A stretch of DNA of 61,334 nucleotides, counting the filler. It is 14 parts of 14 records of this genome, joined end to end, with 100 filler letters (N's around TTAATTAATTAA, not from the genome) between each part and the next. Parts side by side here need not be neighbours in the genome. Positions count along the whole stretch, not along the records: positions 44,337 to 50,229 come from SRR15195285_6721; positions 50,330 to 54,391 come from SRR15195285_6722; positions 54,492 to 57,504 come from SRR15195285_6733; positions 57,605 to 61,334 come from SRR15195285_6737; 10 more parts are not named here. One strand, written 5' to 3'. The notes under the pieces were generated by a model that had not been told where the DNA came from, did no database searches, and saw nothing but the letters and a program-made list of their open reading frames with translations. Each line of letters starts with the position of its first letter. Within the stretch, counting starts at the first letter, position 1. Both the position numbers and the translations under genes were made by a program. Of the stretch, positions 47,501 to 57,898 are shown piece by piece.

Positions 47501-49268
47501 CACGCTTATATATTTGGCGGAAGGCAAGTCACGCTTCAACGGCAAGGCCCCGAGCGGTTTGGGCGGACGGCTTTATGTCAATGGTACTGCCTGCATCTTT
47601 CTGCCCATGGCAAGCATGACTTCCTGTCCATTCAGTTCGCCACTACCATCCTCATCCATGCTTGCCCTGGTCTTTCTGCCCAGGTTTGAAATATATCGAT
47701 GCTTGGCAAGAATCTGGCAAGTCAACAGTTGGTCGCGCCTATAACTTCAAGGCGGGACAGCCGATCCAAGTCAAGCTGGAGTATTATCAGGAAAACACGG
47801 ACGGCAATCCATCTATTGCTCTGCTCTGGTCGCTGTTGCCGTCACAGTCCTCCGACTCAATCACACCGGCAATCAACGAGATTGCCACCGCGGATGCAGT
47901 GGTCGTACTCGTGGGTGGTGCCAATAACGACCAGACAGCGACCACGGAGGGTGTGCGACAAAACGTCTCTCATGCTTATCTAGTTTGCTTACCTAAAGAG
48001 CTCTGCTTGTCCCAGGAGAAGGTGTGGACCGTGCGTCGCTGTCGCTCGCGGTGCGCAGCAATTCCAGCCCAGGACCTCGTTGTGTCGTGTTTCGTTGCGT
48101 AGCTTATGAACTCACGGTATCCTTTCCACACACGATAGGGGGAGCAGATGGCTCTCGTAGAGCGTGCTGACAATGCATCACGTGTCCACAACGTTCCTAT
48201 GGTGGTTGTACTCGTCGATGGCAAGCCTACTGCGGAGCCAGGGTTGAAGAATCTTGGTGGTGCGCTACTGGCTGCCTTCCAAGGCGGCCAAGCCGCGGTA
48301 GGCGCAGCAATTTATCCACAGGACTTTGTTGTGTCGTGTTGCGTTGCGCGACGTATTTACCCGTGGTGTCCTTTCCGCACATGATAGGGTGTCGGAATTG
48401 CCGACGTGATCGCTGGCCAGTACAATCCTTCGGGAAAGTTACCTGTCTGCTTCCCAGCATCGGCGGATGTACTGCCGTGCTATTACAACCACAAACCAAG
48501 TGCAGCTCGGAACGGGTGGATCGACGCGACTCTTCCTAGTGAGTCAACCGTCTACCATCATCCTTGTCACCGTTTCTCAACTGTCAGTCTTACTAAGATG
48601 ATGTGCGTGGCAGATGGAGATGGTGTTCTTTGGTCGTTTGGCCGTACGTCTGTCGCTCGGTATCTGGTCCTCGCAGAGACCAAGATGCCCTACAATGCCT
48701 TCCTTAGCGTTGATTCTTTTCTTGCAATAATTGTCCCTGAATGCCTATGCAGATGGTCTGTCCTACAGCAACTTTAACTACAGTCACGCTGTCATTCCGA
48801 AGACGGTCTCAAGCAACGGTACCCTCCAGATTTCGGCCACCGTCACGAACACTGGCCAGATGGACGGTGAAGAAGTGTCGCAATTGTATCTTCGCGATGT
48901 CGTCTCGACCGTCACGACGCCAGTTTTGGTACGCTCCTGACGGACACTGACGTTGCTATGTGGTAGCAGCACTACGAGGATGCACTCGATCTTCTCTAGC
49001 GATGCAGTGGATGCTCTTTGCACTTTTGGTCCTGATTTGGTGTACGTGCCATCTATCTCGTTGTGTCACACAGGCGCTCAAGGACTTTCAGCGCATCCAC
49101 ATCAAAGCCGGTGCCTCGGAGATCGTCAACTTTTCGGTCGACGTGGGCTCGGAGCTAAAGGTTCTTGGCCGTGATTATCGATGGGTGGTAGAGCCTGGCG
49201 AGATAAAGGTTTTCATTGGCGGAAGCTCAGCCAGCGCTCAGTTGTTTGGTTCCTTCGACATTGTTTAA
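44527..49268 (+). CDS. Secreted GH3 beta-glucosidase/xylosidase with PA14 and Fn3-like domains; intron-rich
   Basis: EECQHG, AREPRWGR, GED, KHY, MSSYNEVDGVP, GYVTSDF, GPNAD, PA14 GLRAYYF, NPSGKLP, GLSYSNF, EVSQLYLRD, LKDFQRI, VVEPG. Confidence 0.93.
48051..48387 (+). repeat. Pair of homologous introns (48051-48138 and 48298-48387)
   Basis: Manual alignment gives 68/88 identical positions with one 2-nt gap. Confidence 0.85.
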
Positions 49269-49525
49269 TGGACACGTATTCACCAGCTTCAAGCGTTCGT
49301 AGTTCATTGCATTCATTATGTCATTCGCGGTCAGATCGCATTGGCTTACAGCTTCGCCTGGTGGTGAGCAGGGGCAAATCCTTCGTTGTCTTCCTTTTCC
49401 ACACCTCTCTCAAACGTACCTATTGCCCAGAGACAATCCGAACACCAGGTCAATTAGCTGGACACCCCTCGGAACGACGCATATGCGTTCTAGAAGCAAG
49501 GACGGAGCAACATCGATCATTCTGG

Positions 49526-50229
49526 TCACAATGCGGCTGATGTAGCGTTGTCACGCGAATGACTATTCCTGCTCACACGGTGCAGTACATCACGGAAAGA
49601 TTTGTGAAAGGCACACGACGCACGCAGCATTGCTTCGACAATCGTTGGGCAATTCGCAGCCTCAAGCCCATGGCCCATGTTGTCCAAAAGCATCAACTCG
49701 CTAACCTCCTCTCCAAGCAACTCGTGCAACAGGTGCCCATTCGCTGTCGGCACAAACTCGTCGCCTTTGCCATGGATCACCATACATGGCACACGCGAAC
49801 TATGCTTGACCAAACGCAACTCATCCTGCCGAGACCTTGCCGACAGCACCGCCTCCATCTGGCGCTTTTTGGCTGGGGACATGACGTTCATTGGTGGCTC
49901 GCGAGTCAAGGAGCTCATCGCCCTCGCGCGGGTGTCGCCCTCGTCAAAGAATGAATCCCCGGCGATGTGCAATTTTGTACGTACTCGGGCATCGACACGA
50001 TCCTCCAACGAAGCATCGGAGCCTCCTGGCACTCGGGCTTTGTACGCATACTGCGCGTAAAACGATATTGACGGTAGCTGAGGGCCGTTGCCTGGTCCTG
50101 GGCAGGTCATCAGCAACGTGGCTGACCGCACACGCTCTGGGTACCTAACGAGCAGCAGCTGCGCTATCATACCGCCCATGGACTGGCCGATCAGATGCAC
50201 TCGCGAGATAGACAATCCATCCAGTAGAA
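49526..50229 (-). CDS. Alpha/beta hydrolase (5'-truncated)
   Basis: HLIGQSMGGMIAQ nucleophile elbow, IHGKGD, MGH. Confidence 0.88.
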
Positions 50230-50680
50230 NNNNNNNNNNNNNNNNNNNNNNNNNNNNNNNNNNNNNNNNNNNNTTAATTAATTAANNNNNNNNNNNNNNN
50301 NNNNNNNNNNNNNNNNNNNNNNNNNNNNNAGGAATTGACTGGGTGGTGAAATCCTGAGATGTGAGAATCGATCATTTTTTGGGAATCATTTCGGCGCTCC
50401 ACTCATTTCTGCGAGACGGACAAGAACTCCAATCTCGCCATCCGCATGCATCATCCCCAGCCCCCCCTCCTCCTCCTCCTAGAAACATCCCGAAGTTCCT
50501 TGCTGGTTTAATCGGAGTCCTATTGATAGATCTAATGCGCGAAAAACACTCGAGGCGTCCGCCAGATTTCTCAGTGATTTCTCCGTACTATTGGCCGTAC
50601 TATTGACCGGGGCGAGTGGGCGCCCCTTTTTCACTCCCCCCATACAGGTGACTGCGGTGGGTGAGGAGTGAGGGCTGACG

Positions 50681-52276
50681 ATGCCGCGCCCGAGCAAGAG
50701 CTGGCCGAATGCGCTCACGGATTTCAGCGGCGTGAGCAGGGATTCGTCCGTGGCGGTGGACGTCGTCTCGCCGATGGCAACGCCGGGCAGGCGAGGCGGC
50801 GACGGGCTGGACGACAGCACGGTGGTGCGCGGGATGTTCGGGCGGGTGAACAGTGACGCCTGTCCGACCAGGCTGCCGGGGCCTGAGCAGTGCTGTCGCG
50901 GGCAGAGCGAGTGGAAGCGCGGGCTCGAGCACAGCCCGATCTCGCTGGCGCTGCTCATAGCGATGCGCGTGCTGAGCGTGGGAGCGATCGGCTCAGGAGT
51001 AATCGCGCTCTACCTCAGCGTTCTTTGCGCTGTAGAAGACCTGGGCTTGGGGGGCTGGGCTAAGCTGTTTCTCGTCCTCGGATCCGCCCAAGTTGGTCTC
51101 GGCGCGTTCGGCATCTTCGCGACCTACTTCCACATTTGGCTGCTGTTCTACTTGTTCGCGATGGTGGTGCTGTGGCTCGTTGCGATTTGGCTCGCACTTT
51201 TCCTGCCCGGGTATTATACGGTGCTGTGGACTAATCTGAAGTCAGACGCGATCCACGGCGGGCTGCAGCAGCGCTTCTTCGCTACCGCCGACCCGAGCTC
51301 GCCCGAGATGAGTACGCTATCGACACACGGGTGCATCGATACTCCGTTCGACCAGTGGCACCCGGCCTGCAGAGGGGTGTTGGCGCGCTACGTTGAGCAA
51401 GAGCTCCACTTGAATCTATGGCACTCCCAGTTGATCTGTGGCGTCGTTCTGTTGATCTTCGGCAGCATTTTCTCTTACTTGACTGTCGGCCCTCGTACGG
51501 CTGTCGACGTCGTGCTGGATGGTGCGCGATACATGCAGGGCTCCGTCGCTGTTACCTGGGCCTGCGTCACTCTCTATTGGTACTTCTTCCTAGACTGGGA
51601 CTGGGGAGGGTTCATGGCGCTGATCCTGTTCGGCGTCTCTGTTGCACTTTGTGTCGTTCCCTGCTGCATCTCCTCCGGCAGCAAGGAAGTCCAGCTGAGG
51701 GGCCGCCGCGCGTCACCGCGGGAGCGCCTTAAATGGTACAGACCGCGTTTCTCGGGCCGCTGCGGCGTCCTCACGTACGCGCTGCTCGCCATGCTCTCGA
51801 TAATGGCCGCCAGCTACTGCCTTAGTGGCCAGGAGGATGCTGGGAACCGGATAAGGTTGCACTTCGGACAGTTCTGCGACGAGGACTGCGAAGCCGACTT
51901 GACGTACACACTCAGGGCAGAGTGTGAGAGCCGCCAGGACGCCAACGAGCAGGTTGCTGCTGCCGCAGCGGAGACCATCCAAGCGGCATCAGACGGAGAG
52001 GGAAGGCGGAGGCTCCGACTGTTGGATCAGCTACGGCAGCGACGTCTGGCTGAAGTCACGGATGATGTCTCTGACCCATGCGAGGTCACGACCGAACAGG
52101 TGCGGGAACGATTTGTGGAAGACAAGAAGACGCAGCTGGACCAGGTTGGATGGACGATGGTGTTCGTGGCCGAGGTGGAAGTGCTGCAGTGCGCGTGCTT
52201 ACTCTACAAGAGCTGGGTGGCCCGAATCAGACGGCGTGAACGCGCCGCTGCGCCGTACAGAGAGTCCTCGATCTGA
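50681..52276 (+). CDS. About 8-TM membrane protein with 2x tetraspanin-like topology
   Basis: 531-aa ORF; two blocks, each of 3 TM + Cys-containing loop + 1 TM. Confidence 0.65.
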   Translation: MPRPSKSWPNALTDFSGVSRDSSVAVDVVSPMATPGRRGGDGLDDSTVVRGMFGRVNSDACPTRLPGPEQCCRGQSEWKRGLEHSPISLALLIAMRVLSVGAIGSGVIALYLSVLCAVEDLGLGGWAKLFLVLGSAQVGLGAFGIFATYFHIWLLFYLFAMVVLWLVAIWLALFLPGYYTVLWTNLKSDAIHGGLQQRFFATADPSSPEMSTLSTHGCIDTPFDQWHPACRGVLARYVEQELHLNLWHSQLICGVVLLIFGSIFSYLTVGPRTAVDVVLDGARYMQGSVAVTWACVTLYWYFFLDWDWGGFMALILFGVSVALCVVPCCISSGSKEVQLRGRRASPRERLKWYRPRFSGRCGVLTYALLAMLSIMAASYCLSGQEDAGNRIRLHFGQFCDEDCEADLTYTLRAECESRQDANEQVAAAAAETIQAASDGEGRRRLRLLDQLRQRRLAEVTDDVSDPCEVTTEQVRERFVEDKKTQLDQVGWTMVFVAEVEVLQCACLLYKSWVARIRRRERAAAPYRESSI

Positions 52277-52497
52277 TATCGAGCTGTAACACTGCAACGT
52301 GAGTTGGTTTTATCGTCGCTGCAAGCGCCGGCTGTTTCTTCGATCTAGATTAAGGCTCAGTATCCGAAGACACGGAAATGCGCGCTAGCTGCTGAACTGT
52401 GCCGACGCAGTTGCACAAGAGCAGTTGGCTTTAGAAAAACACAAGCATTATTCCCAACCGCCGATCCGGGCGATTCTCTGAAACTCGCGCAGTACCG

Positions 52498-54391
52498 CTA
52501 CCCTTCACTTTTGCCGCCCGATACGTGGCTTCCCGGTGTCGCAGGCCACTTGCGGCCAGGCGAAGGGTTGGGCGGAGTTCCCCGCGCCGCCATTTCTTGT
52601 TCTCTATCTTGTGCCGCTGCCATCTCTTCCTCCTTCTCTCGGAGATGTTGCTGCAACGCCTGTTGCAATGCATCGCGACACACAGTCACACCAAATCCAC
52701 TCAAGTAGCCAAACAACCCTAGCGCTGCTGGGCAACAAGTAGTGCGGTGAGTGTACCTGCTCCTCTGCAAGCAGAGCCGTCAGTTTCTCCTTCTCTGCCG
52801 AAAGCTCGGCCAGCGCGCCCAGCATGCTCTCGCGCTTTTGTTCCTCTTCCTCCTGCACGTGCCGCGGACATCGTAAGGGATTGAACGGAAGGTGGAGGCT
52901 GTAGACATCAGCGCAGACGAAGAGAAACTAACCAGCATCGATTCCATTTCAGCTGCACTCTCCTCTAGGGCAGCGGCCTGGTCTGCTGCACCGCCGCCTG
53001 AACGATGCTGTTGCAGGCAGATGCACTCCGTGCGGTCAGACAGAAAAGGAAAATCACGATGTCTCACAGATCGCAGCGAAGGGCTTGCAGCATCCCGCAC
53101 CTCAGTTGAGCCATTCATAGTTGCATCAGCATCGTTCTCCATCGCATCCATCCGGGCTCCAAGCGATGCCGAGTCAGCCTTCTGCTGCTCTAGGCGCTCA
53201 TCGAGTTGCCGGCCTAGCACCGCCTTCTCCTTCAGCAGCTCCGACAGCATTTTGAGTGCGTTGAGCTGCTCCTCTTCTGTCTCCTCTACCTCACCCTCTT
53301 CCAGTTCCGGCTCTGGATCTTCAACAGCCCCGTCACCTGCCTCCTCAGCTTCTGCCATGGCTAAGAGTTGCTTCTCTCTTTCTTGCAGTGCCTGCTGCTC
53401 CTGCAACATTTGGGCCAGCTGTCGCTCCTCTGCCATCTTCTCCTGGAGCAGCTGTGCGACCTGCTGCTCCATTTGTTCGGCCTCTTCTTGCTGCTGCGTC
53501 TTTCGCGCAAGCTCCGCCTCGAGCTGCTCGCGCTCTTGCAAAAGCTCCTGCAAGAGGCGCGCCTCTTCTTCATCCTCGGCGACCGCGGCAGCTGTGGCCG
53601 CCGGCCCTGCACCATGCAATGCAGCCGCTGACACTGCCTTGTGCATTTCTTCAGCAGCAGCCTGCTCTAGGGCATCCTTCTGAGCCATCAGCTGTTTCAT
53701 CATCAATAGCAGCTGTTGCTGCTCTTCAGTCTGGTCTCCGGACGCCAAAAGTGCTTCAATGTCGAAATCATCGTCATCGTCACTGTCTTCAGCCGCTCCT
53801 GACGATTCTGCAGCACTGCCGTGTGAAACGTACCCGCTTGTGCTCAAGTCAACCGCTGGTGACTGGCCTACGGACATACCAACGCTGTTACCTGGTGACG
53901 GCATTAGCTCAGCCACCCGCTTTCCCAGCGACTCTGACTCATCTGCTGGCAAATTCATCATTAGCTCCTGCTCTAGCTTCTGCTGGTACGCCTTTAACTG
54001 TTCCATCTGCGCCATCGCTTCCTCTAGTTCCCGGCGCGCCTCCAGCTCCTCAGCCTGCCGCTCAGAAGACCCAGCATCAGCATCATCATCAGCGGCCGCG
54101 GCCAGCTGCTGCTGCAGCTTGAGCATCTCGACCTCTGTCGGGGAGGGTTGCTTCGTAAGTTCCTCCTGCAAGACTGCCTCTGCTGCCGGCGATTCGCGCT
54201 CTTGTGCCTCCAGCTCAAGCTGTCTCTCCAGTTCTTCTTCCAGCTGAGCCTTCTGTGCTTGCAATTCCGCGAGCAACTGGCGCATCTCTTCCGGCATCAT
54301 GTCTTCCGCCTCGTCGTCCTGGTCTTCAGCCTCGTCCGCATGCTCGCTTTGTTCCTTGTCGCTCTCATGCTGCTGCTGCTGCTGCTGCTGC
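52498..54391 (-). CDS. Glu/Gln-rich coiled-coil protein (5'-truncated, spliced near the 3' end)
   Basis: 506-aa ORF with heptad-like E/Q/L runs; small downstream exons continue the same composition. Confidence 0.7.
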
Positions 54392-54710
54392 NNNNNNNNN
54401 NNNNNNNNNNNNNNNNNNNNNNNNNNNNNNNNNNNTTAATTAATTAANNNNNNNNNNNNNNNNNNNNNNNNNNNNNNNNNNNNNNNNNNNNTCCCATTTC
54501 TAACCCGTGTGAGAAAGAATGATCAATCATGTCTCAAGCGCCGGGGAAGGTTTTAGATTCCATCCCACAGGACAACGGCAATGGGCCCTGCCAACGACGT
54601 GCGCGTGATGGGGGCGATGATGGTGATGCCCAGCTGCAGGCGTTGCGAAGCAGGAGTTGCAGGGTAGAGCGGTGGCTGGCTGTGAGGGCGCCCGCCCCCC
54701 TCCGCTCAGG

Positions 54711-56343
54711 ATGGCGAAGCTCAAAATCAAGACGAAGAAGGAGCTGAAACAGCGGAATCTGCAGACGTACACGGAGACCACGAAAGCGGCCCTTGCGGTG
54801 CAGCGCTGGTATCGTGGATACGTTGCACGGAAAGAGGTCAATCGCATCCGGAATGCCACCATCCAGCTGCAGGCGGGAGCTCGTGGCATGCTGTCACGAA
54901 AGCGAATGCAGCACGAGAATGAGCAGGCGGCGAAGATCCAGTGCCTGTACCGCGGGCACCGTGCTCGCCGACGGGTTAATGAAAAGGTATGCTCCGGCGG
55001 GGCTTGCTGGCCATTGGCTCATCCGAACCCTCACGGTTATGTTTGCTTGGCGTTTCTCAGATCCAAGATCAGACGGCGGGCCTCGCTGCAACGATGGTGC
55101 AATCGCGGATGCGCGCGATGATTCAGCGACGGCGGCTGCGACGGACGCTCGGGTGTGCCGTGCAGATTCAGGCGGCGTGGCGAGGGTACTACGTGCGGCG
55201 GCGATTCCGGGAGGAATATGATCGCAAGGCGCAGATCATTATCCAGTCACGGATGTTCGAGTCAAAGAAGGTGCAATGGTACCTTGAGCGCGAGCGGCAG
55301 GTGATGAGGGGCAAGATCGCGGTGTTTCGGGAGTGGGCACACTCAGCGGGCAAGCGAAGGGCGTTGGCTCGGCAGCGGGACGCAGCAGCAGTAGCGGTGC
55401 AGCGGTGTTTTCGCGGCTATCTTGCCCGTCGTGAACGAGCGCGGCTGCACGACGAGAAACAGCGTGGCAAGGAGCTTGGCAAGTTCGTTGAGTTGCTGCG
55501 TTCGCACATGAGCATGGTGATTTTTGAAGAAAAAGAGCGCCATGCCGTCGCGTTTCCAGTTCGCGGCGGCAAGGGTAGGGACGATGGCGCGGCCCCAGTA
55601 CGTCGGAGCCCGAGAGACGCTGTTTCAAACGTAGATCGATCGCAGCCTGGCAGCAGACGTCGTGGGGGCAGTGTGCAACAGGGTGAGCACTCAGTCTCAC
55701 CGCTGTCCCGCTACACGTTACTCCAACTCATGTCTGCAGCGTTGCCAGATAGACACCGTACGAATGTACAGCGATGCAGATCACTAGCACTGGCTGCAAC
55801 GCCTGCGTGTCTAACGTTCGTTGCGTCTCATGCGCATGGGATGAAACCACAGGTGATAGTTGGGATTCCAGAGGCGACAGCAGTAGAGAAGAGTTCAGCG
55901 GCGTTGCCAGTGGTCGACGAAGAGCGGGTCGGCAAGTGCAAAGAGGTGCCAGCAATCCCTCGTTGTCTTCATCTTCGCGCGGTCGTAGCCGAGGTCGATC
56001 CGGTTCCAGGCCTTCCTCTGGTCGCCGCTCGGCACCGCTTAGCCACGGGCAGCCTCGGGCTGCTGGTCGGCGGAGCGTCGAGCCATTGCCAGAAATACTT
56101 CCAGATAGAGGCGGAGGCGGAGCTATCGTGCGGAAGGGCGAGCTAGAAGATGCGTTGGCGTTGGCAGACTTGCTGAATTTGCCTGCTGGTGGCGCCGGGG
56201 GCGCCGGGGGCGCTGGCGGCGCCGGTGGCGCTGGCCGAAGACAGTCGGGCAAAGCGAAAGGGTATGGAGGCGCTCGCCATGGGAGTGGGCGCGGGGGGCG
56301 AGCACCGCAACGCGCTGTGCGCGCCGCTGCCGACGGGTGGTAA
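54711..56343 (+). CDS. IQ calmodulin-binding motif protein; 3 or more exons
   Basis: VQRWYRG, LQAGARG, IQCLYRG, VQSRMRA, IQAAWRG, VQRCFRG; introns 54987-55060 and ~55683-55852. Confidence 0.82.
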
Positions 56344-56448
56344 CTTCAGACTCACTTGAGACTCACTGAGGCGTGGTGAGTGGTATATTGTTTGTCGCAG
56401 AATGGTCGAGCATCAAGATCAATGACAAGCGGTCAAACTGCAGGGAAC

Positions 56449-56476
56449 AGCTGTGACTAGCTGTGACTAGCTGTGA
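56449..56476. repeat. 10-bp tandem repeat (AGCTGTGACT, ~2.8 copies)
   Basis: Read directly in the interval between two convergent genes. Confidence 0.8.
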
Positions 56477-56594
56477 AGTTACTTGGATAATATAATAGGT
56501 GTATGTTTCAACGCGCAAAGCGTGAGGGAAGTGTGGAAAAGCTATCGTACGGTCGTGGACCTGAAACGATGTGCATGGGATGCAGCTAGTCGTG

Positions 56595-57367
56595 TCATTT
56601 ACTCTTCTTCTTCTCGAAGTACTTGTGCCACTTCTTCTGAAACTCCGGTTTCAGCAGGCCGCGCTCCATGCACCACTTCGCGGACATCTCACTCTTGCCG
56701 TTCTCCTTGAAGTTCGTCGTGTGGAAAATCCGGAGCGCTTCGAACGACGCATACTCTGGAGCGGTCTGTGGAGCAGAAAAGGCACGGTGCAGAGGGTGGG
56801 GCAGCCATAACATCGCGGGATGAGTACGAAGCGTCGGCCGAGTTGAACAGCTGAATGCACGTGTGACATGTGAGCTCACATCCACAGGTCGCTCTTTAAT
56901 CTGGCCGGCCAGGTCGAACTTCTTGGCCGGAGTTTTCGTGGCAGACTACAAATGCACAGCATGTAGAGCAGTAGTCTTAGACGCAGAGCAGCACGGCCAA
57001 GACAACGCGACTGCTCTAGCGAAACAGCGTCGGTGAGGACGGCAAAGCGAAGAGGCGCTCGGTATACCGCTTTGCTACCCGTACTCTTCTTCGGTGCAGG
57101 CTTCTTTGCCGGCGTCTTCTTTTTCTTCGCCGCCGCCGATGTCTTGCCGCTCTTCTGCGCGGCACAGGCCGGTCGAGAAGAAGGCGGCCGTCAGCCTGGG
57201 AGCGAGAGCGATTGAAACGGGATGGGGCATGCGAAGCACCTTTTTGGTGTTTTTCGAGTCCTTCTTCTTCGTGATCTTCTTCTTCGGCCCTGACGACTTC
57301 TTCGCCGCCGGCTTCTTCTTCGCCGCCGGCTTCTTCTTCAGAGCTGCCAGCGGCACATCATCCTCTG
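56595..57367 (-). CDS. Lys-rich conserved uncharacterised protein (5'-truncated, multi-exon)
   Basis: EDDVPL..KKPAAKK; KKFDLAGQIKERP; ALRIFH..SEMSAKWCMERGLL resembles a plant/protist family with LPGQK..LRIFY..SEMA..W..E.GLL. Confidence 0.65.
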
Positions 57368-57898
57368 TGCAGACGGCACGGCACACACGCGCAGCACAGC
57401 ACAGCACAGCACAGCACACCAAAGCTGCGCTGAGAGACCGCACTGCTCCAGCACAGCGCACAGGCGCCGCAGCAGCTGGCAGGCAGGCAGGCAGGCAGGC
57501 AGGCNNNNNNNNNNNNNNNNNNNNNNNNNNNNNNNNNNNNNNNNNNNNTTAATTAATTAANNNNNNNNNNNNNNNNNNNNNNNNNNNNNNNNNNNNNNNN
57601 NNNNCTGCAGCAGGGTGCTGAAAACTCGTAGGATAAACGGAGGAGTCAGATTGGAAGCAAATATACAGAGTATGAAAAAGTCAAACATACACGCAGGAAA
57701 CAAGTACAATAGTACTAGTAAGAAAAATGTATTAGAAGTACATGTACGACTTGCTCGCAACGCTCGACGCGACGACGCGACGCGCCGGACGCGACGACGA
57801 CGGACGCGTGCGCGCGCGCGCCGCGAATCGCCGCGCGGCGGCGGGCGCGGCCGCCGACGACGACTCGCGAGGCGCCCGCTTCTCAAAGTCAAACGCGA

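Noticed and set aside
3576-57604. Regularly recurring TTAATTAATTAA flanked by Ns
   Set aside because: Artificial six-frame-stop contig spacers, not a CRISPR array or biological repeat
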